Shown: piece by piece, positions 18,675-28,469 of the stretch
Numbering within the stretch: the first letter of the stretch is position 1
Layout: each line of letters starts with the position of its first letter
Source: an uncultured bacterium
GTDB lineage: Bacteria > Cyanobacteriota > Vampirovibrionia > Gastranaerophilales > Gastranaerophilaceae
Direction of reading: 5' to 3'
DNA: 61,773 nt
Assembly (NCBI GenBank): GCA_949284155.1
Contig: CASDVD010000024.1
Span: forward strand, 1-61,773
Made by a program: the position numbers and the translations under genes
Notes under the pieces: model-generated
What the model saw: the letters and a program-made list of their open reading frames with translations, nothing else
Databases searched by the model: none
What the model was told of the DNA's origin: nothing

Positions 18675-20648
18675 TTATGATAATTTTGAAATTTTGTATT
18701 CTAATGTTGTTTTCTTGTAATTTATTTTTGAAGAAATGATAGGCTGATTGTACTCGGCTTTATTGATTGAACGTGCATCAACTATAGGAGAAGGAGGCAT
18801 AATAGACCATTTATACAATGCTGTAGACATTCTTTTAAAGAATTTTTCCAGCCATTGCAGTTTTTGTTCGGAAGTAATATTTTCTTTTGTCTCATATAAA
18901 AATTTTGATTCCATCATGTCGAAAATGGATTGTTGAAGGTTTTCTACCCGCCATATAACTTCGTCTAAAAATTCATACGGCATAAGGGCCTCTTCTGCCA
19001 GCAGCGGTTTTTGTGTTTTTGGGTTTATCGCCAGTTCAGCACCCGGTCTTTTGGCTATTATTTCTTCAGGGATTGCATTTTTTACAGTTCGATTTTTGTT
19101 TAGCCATTTTGCCAGTGCAAACAATTTCGTTTTTGAAACATCTGCAATTGGTGCAAAGCCGCCGGACATATCTCCGTTTATTGTTGCATACCCCATGTAA
19201 AGTTCAGATTTGTCCGAGGTAGCAATAGGCAGCGTTGATTCAAACTCATTAGCTATTCCCCACAAAATTATTGCTCTTGAGCGTGCTTGAATATTGTCAT
19301 TTGTGAAGGATTCTTTATAGCGGCAATTCCATTGTTTTTGGACCGTACAAAATATATTATCGAACTTAGTCCTTGTTGTTTCATACATTTCTTTAATAGG
19401 TATTTCGCAAAAATTTATTCCCAAATTTTCGGCAAGCTTTTTTGCATCGCTTTTGCTTTCTTCGCTTGTTATTTTAGACGGCATACTAATGCCCAGTACA
19501 TTTTCTTTTCCGAGTGCGTCAGTCAGCAATGTTGCACATACCGTGGAATCCAGTCCTCCGGAAAGCCCCAAAACAGCCCGTTTAAATCCTGTCTTTTTAA
19601 AATAATCTTTAATTGATTGGATAATCGTAAGATATGTTCTTTCCAAATCAGGCTCATGGTCAAGCGTAAATGCTTTTTGAGAGTTTAATGTTTTTTCCAG
19701 TCCTTTGGGCAGCGGATACACCTTATTTTGTTGAGGCTGAAAGGGATTAACAATAAAAAATTGTTCAGTATATGATTTTGCCATTGCAATAAGGTTTCCC
19801 TCTGCATCATAAACCCTGCTTCCGCCTTCAAAAGATATATTATCATTGGAACCTACCTGATTGACGTAGACAATAGGTGTTTTATGCTTTTGGGCGGCGA
19901 ATGAAAGCATATTATGTTTCAGCTGCTCTTTTTTGGCTCTTGTAATAGAAGATGAGCAGTTAATGAGGTAGTCCGGATGCTGTTCATTTACTACTATTTC
20001 GACCGGATCCTGCCTGTATAGATTTTTTTCAAAGAAGTCCTTATCATTCCATCCGTCTTCACAGATGATAAGTCCTGCTTTTTTGTCATTGATATTTATA
20101 ATTCTGGTTTCACTATCAATCTTTGCAGGCTCAAAATGCCGGTAATCATTAAATTCCGCATATGTTGGAAGAAGCGATTTCCTGATGATATGCGTTATCT
20201 TTCCATTTTCAAGTACAGCTGTTGAGTTGTAGAATTTTTTCCCGTATTTATCGGTATTTTTCTGTACAAATCCGATAATAACTTTTACTTTCCCTGTAAT
20301 CTTTGCAAGTGCTCGCAGCCACTCTTCATTTTCTTCGACAATTATCGGAAATCTGTCAATAAAATCGCCAATCGGGTATCCAATCAGGTACATTTCCGGA
20401 AAGATTACGGCTTCGACATTTAATTTGTTTGCCCATTTTATCCATTTAGATGCTTTACGTGCGTTGCCTTCAACATCGCCGGAAACAGGGTTGGTCTGTG
20501 CAAGTACTATAGAATTTTTTGCCAGTCTTGTGTTTATTTTTTCTGCTATTTGATTTCTTTCTGTATCTGTCAGACAAGCTTCTTCTAAATCTTTTTCAAT
20601 TATTGAAGTCAGTTCATAAATATTTTCCATATTTGAATTGTATAACAA
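18675..20648 (-). CDS. nadE: Glutamine-dependent NAD+ synthetase (nitrilase domain + NAD synthase domain)
   Basis: N-terminal CN-hydrolase domain (FPEMYLIGYP, LIICEDGW). C-terminal PP-loop GLSGGLDS. Confidence 0.88.
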   Translation of the reverse strand: MLYNSNMENIYELTSIIEKDLEEACLTDTERNQIAEKINTRLAKNSIVLAQTNPVSGDVEGNARKASKWIKWANKLNVEAVIFPEMYLIGYPIGDFIDRFPIIVEENEEWLRALAKITGKVKVIIGFVQKNTDKYGKKFYNSTAVLENGKITHIIRKSLLPTYAEFNDYRHFEPAKIDSETRIININDKKAGLIICEDGWNDKDFFEKNLYRQDPVEIVVNEQHPDYLINCSSSITRAKKEQLKHNMLSFAAQKHKTPIVYVNQVGSNDNISFEGGSRVYDAEGNLIAMAKSYTEQFFIVNPFQPQQNKVYPLPKGLEKTLNSQKAFTLDHEPDLERTYLTIIQSIKDYFKKTGFKRAVLGLSGGLDSTVCATLLTDALGKENVLGISMPSKITSEESKSDAKKLAENLGINFCEIPIKEMYETTRTKFDNIFCTVQKQWNCRYKESFTNDNIQARSRAIILWGIANEFESTLPIATSDKSELYMGYATINGDMSGGFAPIADVSKTKLFALAKWLNKNRTVKNAIPEEIIAKRPGAELAINPKTQKPLLAEEALMPYEFLDEVIWRVENLQQSIFDMMESKFLYETKENITSEQKLQWLEKFFKRMSTALYKWSIMPPSPIVDARSINKAEYNQPIISSKINYKKTTLEYKISKLS

Positions 20649-20659
20649 AAAAAAATTGA

Positions 20660-21661
20660 CTAAAACTCTTGTTGCTCGCTTTCGGAAAGCGTATTCACAA
20701 TTTCACCGAAGCATTCTTCAAATGCTTTTACTACAACAGGGTCGAATTGGGTGCCTGCATTTTTTACTATTTCCTTTAAAGCGTCTTCATAATTTGTTTT
20801 TCTTCTGTAGATTCTGTCTGAAACGATACTGTCGAATGAATCGGCAACAGAAATTATACGTGCACCTATAGGGATATCTTCGCCTTTTTTCCCTTCAGGA
20901 TATCCTGTTCCGTCGTAATTTTCGTGGTGGCATTTTATAATCTCTACAACATCCTTAAGCTGTTTAATATCTTCAAGGATTTTAACACTATAAGCAATAT
21001 GGCTTTTTATTTCATCGTATTCTTCCTGTGATAGCGCATCAATCTTGTATAATATTTCATCTGAAACACCAATCATTCCGATATCATGAAGCATTCCTGC
21101 AAGTTCTACCTTTCCGACATCAACAGGTGAAAGACCGAGCTGCTGCGCTATTTTTATAGAATAAAATGTTATTCTTTTGCTTCTGCCGGAAGTATAAGAG
21201 TCTTTGGCATCGAGTGCTTCCATTATTGCTTTAATTGTTCCTGAAAACAGTTCTTTCAAATCTTCGATTAATTTGTCATTGTCATGTTTAAGCTGATAAA
21301 ATTCCAGAGCGGAAGAGACGATGAGCTGCAATTCCTCAGGATTGTACGGCTTTTTTACGTATCTGTATATTTTTGCGTAGTTAATAGCGTCAATTAATAT
21401 ATTTGCATCAGAGTATGCGGTCAAAAGTATCCTCATTGTGTCAGGGCGTAATTCCTGTACCCGTTTTAAAAATTCTACACCGTCCATTTCCGGCATTTTG
21501 TGGTCTGATATGACCAGTTCAAAATGTTTTTCTTTCAGCAGCTCCAGAGCATGCAAAGGAGATGTTGTTTTTTCCAGATTGTAAGAACCTCTTAAGGTTC
21601 TGTATAAGAGTGCCAGATTGTCTTCTTCGTCATCAACTAATAATATATTATACTTTGTCAT
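20660..21661 (-). CDS. Response regulator with HD-GYP c-di-GMP phosphodiesterase domain
   Basis: REC domain (ILLVDDEEDN ... ISDHKMPEMDG). HD-GYP motifs (LHDIGMIG, HHENYDGTGYP). Confidence 0.88.
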   Translation of the reverse strand: MTKYNILLVDDEEDNLALLYRTLRGSYNLEKTTSPLHALELLKEKHFELVISDHKMPEMDGVEFLKRVQELRPDTMRILLTAYSDANILIDAINYAKIYRYVKKPYNPEELQLIVSSALEFYQLKHDNDKLIEDLKELFSGTIKAIMEALDAKDSYTSGRSKRITFYSIKIAQQLGLSPVDVGKVELAGMLHDIGMIGVSDEILYKIDALSQEEYDEIKSHIAYSVKILEDIKQLKDVVEIIKCHHENYDGTGYPEGKKGEDIPIGARIISVADSFDSIVSDRIYRRKTNYEDALKEIVKNAGTQFDPVVVKAFEECFGEIVNTLSESEQQEF

Positions 21662-23264
21662 TATTCATTCCTGTGTCATTCATTTTTAACGGCAGAGTGA
21701 TAGTGAACTTTGTTCCTTTTCCTTCTTCTGATTCAATCGTTATATTTCCCCGATGATTTTTTATTACTTTATAGCTAATTGCCATTCCGAGACCGGTTCC
21801 TTGTCCTACCGGCTTTGTTGTGAAGAACGGATCAAAGACTCTTTCTTTATCTTTTGTTTCCATGCCGCAGCCGTTATCTTCAAATTCTATAATCATGTTG
21901 TCATCCTGCGGCTTTATTCTTATCCAAACGTCACCTTTTTCTTTAATTGCAAAAGCTGCATTATCAAGAATATTCATAAATACCTGATTCAGCTGACCTC
22001 CGTATCCTTCGATAGTTGGCAGATTTTCAGCATATTCTTTATGTACTGTGATTTTATTTTTAAATTTATTATGCAGGATATTCAATGTTGTATCAATTTC
22101 TTTAGGCAGGTTTACATTATTTATTACTGCTTCTTCAAGCCTTGAGAAGTTTTTCAAATCCAATATAATATTTTTCGTCCGCTCTGTACCTTCCTGACAG
22201 CTTCTGATAAGATCAGGCAAATCATCTTTCAGAAAATCCAAATCTATCTCTTCTTTTAGTTCTTTTATGGCCTGTTTGTGTTCTTCTGTCAGGTCGTCAT
22301 TGTATTCGGTATATTTTTCAATTACCGAGAGCAGTTCTTTTGTATAATTATTCAGGTGAATAAGATTTCCGTAGATAAAATTAACCGGATTGTTGATTTC
22401 ATGTGTAATCCCGGCCACCAGCTCACCGAGAGATTTCATTTTTTCGCTGTGAACCATCATTGCCTGTGTATTTTTTAGTTCTGTATATGCATCTTCAAGT
22501 TCATGTGTCCGGTCTTTAACCTGTTGTTCCATTGACTGATAAAGTTCTTCCAAAGAGGCAGCCATGTTGTTATATGAAATAATGAGTCTGTTTATTTCAA
22601 GATAATTTGTCGGTTCTAACCTGTGAGAGAAATCACCTTTTGCTTCAATAAGGCTTCGTACCAACATATTAATAGGCTTGATGAGTACTTTGGCAACAAG
22701 ATTGGACATTAGAAAACCGAGAAATATGAATATAATAACCATTGCGGTCATATTTTCTATAAGTATATCGAGTCCTTCTTTAACTATCGGCTCGGAGTAA
22801 AAGCCTACAATTATAGTTTTATCGTTTTTTGTGCCGACTTCATAAGTTATATTTTTTTGAGGCTTAGCTTTTTCTTTGGATTTAAAAAATTTTTTTGGTG
22901 TTTCTGTTATGTTAAAATCATCTTCTAGGTCTAGCTCCGGCGAGTTGTAAAGAACTTTGCCGGTTTTGGTGTCTTTGATGGTCAGGCTTGCTATCAGCTG
23001 GTTATAAATCATGTTTTTTACTGATTTATCTATCATCTTGTAGTTATTTTTTTCGATGTAATCATCTACAAGCTGTCTGACTGTTGTATTAATTGATTTA
23101 TTCAAATTATTACTCTGGAGCGTGACCTGTTTTGTTAATATATCAACGAACAGAATGGAATATCCGGCAATACACAATACCATAATAGCTATTAAAAGGC
23201 TTGTTAAAAGTCCGAATTGAGTGCTTAATTTAGTTTTAAAATTTTTCATTAAATCCAACATCAC
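21648..23264 (-). CDS. Membrane sensor histidine kinase (2 TM, HAMP, HisKA, HATPase)
   Basis: H-box ITHEINNPVNFI, N-box NILDNA, G-boxes DNGCGM and GQGTGLGMAIS. Overlaps the response regulator by 14 nt. Confidence 0.88.
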   Translation of the reverse strand: MMLDLMKNFKTKLSTQFGLLTSLLIAIMVLCIAGYSILFVDILTKQVTLQSNNLNKSINTTVRQLVDDYIEKNNYKMIDKSVKNMIYNQLIASLTIKDTKTGKVLYNSPELDLEDDFNITETPKKFFKSKEKAKPQKNITYEVGTKNDKTIIVGFYSEPIVKEGLDILIENMTAMVIIFIFLGFLMSNLVAKVLIKPINMLVRSLIEAKGDFSHRLEPTNYLEINRLIISYNNMAASLEELYQSMEQQVKDRTHELEDAYTELKNTQAMMVHSEKMKSLGELVAGITHEINNPVNFIYGNLIHLNNYTKELLSVIEKYTEYNDDLTEEHKQAIKELKEEIDLDFLKDDLPDLIRSCQEGTERTKNIILDLKNFSRLEEAVINNVNLPKEIDTTLNILHNKFKNKITVHKEYAENLPTIEGYGGQLNQVFMNILDNAAFAIKEKGDVWIRIKPQDDNMIIEFEDNGCGMETKDKERVFDPFFTTKPVGQGTGLGMAISYKVIKNHRGNITIESEEGKGTKFTITLPLKMNDTGMNNDKV

Positions 23265-23272
23265 TCTTACCT

Positions 23273-23509
23273 TTACTTAAACATATGATTTGAAGAACCT
23301 TTTTTCTTTTCCGAATCGAAAATTTTGCCTATTAAAAAGCCCAAAATTCCAATACAAGAACTGGCCGGAACTATTATTGACAACGAATATATAAGAGTTT
23401 CCGCATCAAGTCCTTTTGAAAAAATAAAAATTCCGCAGATTATCGCAGTGGTGATTGCAAATATCATGCTTATTTTAAATGCATATTTTTGGTTCTCTAA
23501 ATCTATCAT
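23273..23509 (-). CDS. Small two-TM membrane protein, hypothetical
   Basis: 78 aa with two hydrophobic helices. Packed between the PilZ and kinase genes with single-digit gaps. Confidence 0.5.
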   Translation of the reverse strand: MIDLENQKYAFKISMIFAITTAIICGIFIFSKGLDAETLIYSLSIIVPASSCIGILGFLIGKIFDSEKKKGSSNHMFK

Positions 23510-23514
23510 CGTCT

Positions 23515-24105
23515 TTACTTATTTTTGTTTTCAGCTTCTTTTTTGAAGCAGAATTGTACTACAGCAATTTTATCAATATTCTTTAATAAAACAAATCGTC
23601 CGGATACTATATATTTTCCGTTTTTTTTATTTTTTGTTATTCTAATTGGCCGTAAGCAGCAATTTATATTTGCGCTGCCTTCAAGAGAAAAGCTTATAGT
23701 ATAGTCTTTTTCTGTATCTAATTCTTTATCCGTTTCTAATTTCATTCCTCCTGCGCTGATGTCCAGACAATGGCAGGTTATATCTTCATCTTTTAATTTT
23801 ATGTTTTTTTCTAAAGGAATTCTTGTAAATTCACGTCTTTGCAGAATTTCATAAGCATCAGTCGATTTGATTTTCAATATATTATCTTGAATATCTTCAA
23901 CTGTTGATCTGAGATAAAGCATTCCCTCCTGTGCCGGTGCAAAAAGTTCAATATCGGCGCCGTTTTTATAAAACGAGAGTTCAGGTTCCGGAACCGCTAT
24001 TTCAAGGTGTTCTTTCAGTGCTTTTATCACCGTCCCCGTTGCTGCTCCGTGCACATCTTCAGGTAATATACTTACGTTTTGGTTCTTTTTTAGTAATGAT
24101 TTCAT
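23515..24105 (-). CDS. PilZ-domain c-di-GMP receptor (YcgR/MotI-like candidate)
   Basis: RREFTRIPL (RxxxR) and DISAGGMKL (D/NxSxxG) PilZ motifs. Directly downstream of flhA. Confidence 0.8.
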   Translation of the reverse strand: MKSLLKKNQNVSILPEDVHGAATGTVIKALKEHLEIAVPEPELSFYKNGADIELFAPAQEGMLYLRSTVEDIQDNILKIKSTDAYEILQRREFTRIPLEKNIKLKDEDITCHCLDISAGGMKLETDKELDTEKDYTISFSLEGSANINCCLRPIRITKNKKNGKYIVSGRFVLLKNIDKIAVVQFCFKKEAENKNK

Positions 24106-24145
24106 TTATTCTGCCTTTAAATTTTTTAATTTTTAAACTAAACTT

Positions 24146-26251
24146 TTAAACTCTTGCCGGCTCTGTTCTTACTATTCCGACTGATTTTGCTTTAATATTA
24201 TTGCTTATTTCATTATACGACATAACTGCAATTTGAGGATATGTTCTTTCTATAAGCCGTCTGAACGGCAGCCGGATGGGCGAAGAACATAGAATTACCG
24301 GTTGATTTCCGAAGGATGTAATTGCTTTTTCCAGTTCTTGATTCAGGCTGTCCAGCAGTCTTCTTGTGAATGCAGGATCAAGTGTTAAACTTGTTCCGTC
24401 AGCGCTGACGCCCTGTGCAATTGTGTTTTCAACATCGGGTGCAAGTGTGATTGCCAAAAGTTCTCCGGTATCCGAGAGGTTTTGTTTACAGATTCCCCGG
24501 GCCAGTCCCTGACGAACCTGTTCTGTAAGAAAATCGGTATTTCTGCTTACTTTTGACTGCAAGCTTATTATTTCCATTATTGATTTTAAATCTCTGACAG
24601 AGACTCTTTCTCTCAGCAGGTTTTGCATTACCTGTTGAACTTCGCCGACGGAGGTATCTTTCATTAAATCTGTTACATAGTCCTCGGAAACTTCTTTTTT
24701 AAGGTTGTCTATAAGCTGTTGGACATCTGCTCTTGTAATTATTTCAGCAGAGTTCTTTTTAATAACTTCTGTCAGATGAGTAGATATTACCGCTGACGGG
24801 CTTACGACCGTGTAGCCGTATGCTTCCGCTATTTCTTTATCTTTTTCTTCAATCCATAGTGCAGGAAGCCCGAAAGCAGGTTCAATAGCTCTGATGCCAT
24901 TGATTCCCAAGTCATTTTCCGTACCTCCTGCGTTCATTGCAAGGTGTCTGTCCGGATATACTTCTCCGTTTTCTATGGCAACACCTTTGAGTTTTATCTG
25001 GTAGGTATTTGGCGGCAGCTGTAGGTTATCCCGCACTCTTATAGACGGCAGCACTATACCCAAATCGAGTGCTGTTTGTCTTCTTATTTGTGCGATTCTT
25101 TCCAGCAAATCTCCGCCCTGTTCGACATCTAATAACGGAACGAGCCTGTATCCTATTTCCATTTCAATAGTTTCTACGTTTAAAAGTTCCAGAACGCTTT
25201 CTCTGGTGGCTTTTTTCTTCTTTTTACCAACTCGATTTGCCATGGAGCTTTTTTCTTCCGCTGCTTTTTGTTCTTCGAGTTCTTTTTGTTTTATGGCTTT
25301 ATTTTTAGTAAATGCTGTCCAGCCTATACCGATAGAAACAAGAGTAAACGGTATTGTCGGCATTCCCGGAACCAGCCCGAGCAGCAAAAGCAAGCCGGAA
25401 ACAATTCCCAGTACAACAGGATTTGCAAACATTTCATTGTTTATATCACTGCTTAAGGAACTGTCCTGACCGCTTGCACGGCTCACTATTAAACCGGTTG
25501 AGAATGAAATCAAAAGTGCCGGCAGCTGCGTGACGAGACCGTCTCCTACCGTCAATATAGTGAATGTACTCAACGCTGTCATTATATCCATTTTCAGCTG
25601 CCACATACCGATAATAAAACCGCCGAAAATGTTTATTACCGTAATAATAATCCCTGCAGTGGCATCTCCTTTGACGAATTTTGAAGCACCGTCCATTGTT
25701 CCGTAAAAATCTGCTTCACGTTCGAGCTTGCGTCTTCTTTGTTTAGCCTGTTCTTCGTTTATCAGCCCGGAGTTCAGGTCAGCATCAATACTCAGTTGTT
25801 TACCCGGCATACTGTCTAATGTAAACCTTGCCGATACTTCCGCAACTCTTGTTGCACCGCCTGTAATAACCATGAAGTTTATGATTACGAGTATTATAAA
25901 AATGATAAATCCGACTACATAGTTCCCGCCGACAACGAACTGTCCGAAAGAATGTATAACCTCTCCCGCTGAACCGTCCAGCAATATTAATCTTGTTGAA
26001 CTTACGTTCAGTCCGAGTCTGAATATTGTTGCGACAAGAAGGATTATGGGAAATGAAGAGTATTCTAACGGTTCTTTGATAAATAAGCAGACAAGAAGAA
26101 TAATAACTGAAAGTGAAATATTCAATGTAAGCAATATATCCAGCAGCATCGGCGGAAGCGGTATGACCATCATTGCAACAATGATTACCAGACCTACGGC
26201 CATTATTATGTCGTTATTTTTTAGTAAGCTTACCAGATTATTCAAATTCAT
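24146..26251 (-). CDS. flhA: Flagellar type III export apparatus protein FlhA
   Basis: 701 aa. N-terminal polytopic domain with FPIILLVATIFRLGLNVSSTRLIL and FVKGDA. Large cytoplasmic C-terminal domain. Confidence 0.92.
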   Translation of the reverse strand: MNLNNLVSLLKNNDIIMAVGLVIIVAMMVIPLPPMLLDILLTLNISLSVIILLVCLFIKEPLEYSSFPIILLVATIFRLGLNVSSTRLILLDGSAGEVIHSFGQFVVGGNYVVGFIIFIILVIINFMVITGGATRVAEVSARFTLDSMPGKQLSIDADLNSGLINEEQAKQRRRKLEREADFYGTMDGASKFVKGDATAGIIITVINIFGGFIIGMWQLKMDIMTALSTFTILTVGDGLVTQLPALLISFSTGLIVSRASGQDSSLSSDINNEMFANPVVLGIVSGLLLLLGLVPGMPTIPFTLVSIGIGWTAFTKNKAIKQKELEEQKAAEEKSSMANRVGKKKKKATRESVLELLNVETIEMEIGYRLVPLLDVEQGGDLLERIAQIRRQTALDLGIVLPSIRVRDNLQLPPNTYQIKLKGVAIENGEVYPDRHLAMNAGGTENDLGINGIRAIEPAFGLPALWIEEKDKEIAEAYGYTVVSPSAVISTHLTEVIKKNSAEIITRADVQQLIDNLKKEVSEDYVTDLMKDTSVGEVQQVMQNLLRERVSVRDLKSIMEIISLQSKVSRNTDFLTEQVRQGLARGICKQNLSDTGELLAITLAPDVENTIAQGVSADGTSLTLDPAFTRRLLDSLNQELEKAITSFGNQPVILCSSPIRLPFRRLIERTYPQIAVMSYNEISNNIKAKSVGIVRTEPARV

Positions 26252-26365
26252 AGATTATACTTTCTCAGTATAAATAATACCCTATATTTCAGAGTATTTC
26301 TATTTCTTAACCTTTTTTAACCATAAAAACGAACTTGACCGTAACGAATATTAAAACAGCAGTAC

Positions 26366-28003
26366 CTATTTTATCCCTTTAAGTATATTATTTGTCAAAG
26401 GTGGAATATCCATCATTTCAATAAATAATTCTATATAATATAGTCTGTCATTTTTTTGAGAAGAAATTTCATTCAGTATTTTATCCAGTTCAAGTTCTGT
26501 TCTTGCCTGATAAATTGCGGCTTTTCCGTCAAATAATTCAGGGATTTTTGAATAATCAATTTTCATTATGTTGTTGAACTCATCAACGGGCTTTTTGGAT
26601 AATAATCTTTCAATTGTATATCCTGCATTGTTGATAACAAAAATCACAGGTGTTAAGTTCTGTTTCATCATGTTGCCTATTTCAAGAGCAGTGAGTTGAT
26701 GAGAACCTTCACCTGTGATGAGAATTGTCCTTCTTGACTTATCGGCCATTGCTCCTCCAAATGATGCCGGTGTGGCCCATCCAATCGAGCCCCAGAGTAC
26801 TTGATTTTGCAGCAATGCATCTTCCGGCAGTTTTAAAGGTGCCATTGCATACGTGAGTATTCCGGTTTCTGCAAAAATCAAATCATTTGGCTTAAGGAAC
26901 TGTTGAAGCCGTGGGAAGATGTAGTGTGTAGACAAATCTTTATCGGAAGGCGCTTCTTTAATTTGTTGATAATACCATTTCCAATCCGGATGAATTGTTT
27001 CGTTTTTGCAAACTTTGTCTGCTAATTCAAATAGAAATTCTTTCATTAAAACATCTTTATAACGTATGTTTTCAATGGTGCAATATGTGCCTTGTATGTT
27101 GATAAAATTATCGGGAACAAACGGAAGATTAAAACGCATTGTATTCAAGTCACTGAAAATTGTACCTGCGCATATAACACAATCTGATTCTTTCAGTACA
27201 TTGTATGCTTCTGTATTTCCGTATTCTCCAAGAAATGTGCCCATATAATATTTATAATTTTCATCTGTTATTCCTTTACCCATCAATAGTGATGCTGTCG
27301 GAAAAGATGACTTTTTAATAAAAGAATTAAAAGGCTCAATTGCACCATATCTTTTTATTAGCGTATCTGCCAGTATTGCAGGTTTTTTTGAATTGTTAAT
27401 GAGTTTAAGTGCATGTTCAGCTGCTGCTTTTAGATTTGCGGGGTTGCTCCGGGGCAAAGTAATATTTGGCTGATTATCTATCTTTATTGAACAAATATCT
27501 ACAGGAATAGAGATATATACTGGCTTTTTTTCTTTAATAAATATTGATAATATACGGTCAATTTCTTGTTTTGCATTTTCAGCGTTAAGAGATGCAGCTG
27601 CTGAGGTTACATTTGAAAATATCCGTTCACATGCTTTGTAGTCGGGATTTTGAAAATTATGGTGCAGCATTGTGTTATTTTTGATAAATTTAGTTGCAGG
27701 AATGCCTGTAATTTTTATAACAGGAACTGATTCGGCGTAACTTCCGGCAATGGCATTTACTGCGCTTAGTTCACCTACGCCGTATGTTGTGATTAAAGCA
27801 CCGTATCCTTTTATTCTTGCATATCCGTCAGCGGCATAGCCGGCGTTCAATTCGTTTGTGCATCCAATCCAATTTGTTTGCGGGTGTTTAATAACAGCTT
27901 CAAGAATTTCAAAATTATAGTCACCGGGCAGGCCGTAAAAATCTTTAATTCCCAGCTTATATAATTCCTGAATCAAATAATCGGCTACTGTAATTTTATC
28001 CAT
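26366..28003 (-). CDS. Thiamine-diphosphate-dependent 2-keto acid decarboxylase (indolepyruvate/phenylpyruvate decarboxylase family)
   Basis: VADYLIQELYKLGIKDFYGLPGDYNFEILEAV, NELNAGYAADGYAR and the TPP-binding GEGSHQLTALE...NNAGYTIE. Confidence 0.85.
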   Translation of the reverse strand: MDKITVADYLIQELYKLGIKDFYGLPGDYNFEILEAVIKHPQTNWIGCTNELNAGYAADGYARIKGYGALITTYGVGELSAVNAIAGSYAESVPVIKITGIPATKFIKNNTMLHHNFQNPDYKACERIFSNVTSAAASLNAENAKQEIDRILSIFIKEKKPVYISIPVDICSIKIDNQPNITLPRSNPANLKAAAEHALKLINNSKKPAILADTLIKRYGAIEPFNSFIKKSSFPTASLLMGKGITDENYKYYMGTFLGEYGNTEAYNVLKESDCVICAGTIFSDLNTMRFNLPFVPDNFINIQGTYCTIENIRYKDVLMKEFLFELADKVCKNETIHPDWKWYYQQIKEAPSDKDLSTHYIFPRLQQFLKPNDLIFAETGILTYAMAPLKLPEDALLQNQVLWGSIGWATPASFGGAMADKSRRTILITGEGSHQLTALEIGNMMKQNLTPVIFVINNAGYTIERLLSKKPVDEFNNIMKIDYSKIPELFDGKAAIYQARTELELDKILNEISSQKNDRLYYIELFIEMMDIPPLTNNILKGIK

Positions 28004-28123
28004 GTTTTTATCCTGTGTATTTTATATTGTTTTAAATAGTACGACTCATTATTACACCATATTTAAAAAATGACAATAAATCCTTTTGGCTATTGCATTT
28101 TGGCGTGTTTGAAGTTTTTCTGA

Positions 28124-28149
28124 TTTAAATATACATTTGTATATTTAAA
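28124..28149. promoter_or_regulatory. Perfect 12+12 bp palindrome TTTAAATATACA-tt-TGTATATTTAAA
   Basis: Read directly. Lies about 120 nt upstream of the decarboxylase start codon, in a 466-nt spacer. Confidence 0.35.
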
Positions 28150-28469
28150 AAAACATCCGGTGTGTAATTTTAAATTATTTTTTAGAAATTATTCAAAAAT
28201 AAAAAAAAATTGTTTTTATTGCTAAAATCTCAGAAAAAAAATTCACTTTTACAATATTTAATATTTTTAGTGTATACCGGTAAATGTTTTAACAGCTAAA
28301 TAGATGGAACAGAGCGTTTGTATATGAAACTGAAAGAAGATGTTAGGGGGGGGATATTCTTTAGTAAATCAAAATTGCGGGGTGAAGTTGCAACAGGATA
28401 TGCACAAACAATGTTAAGAAGCGGCGGACGTTCAGGTATCGGATTTGCATTGGGTGTGCGATGGAAAAT

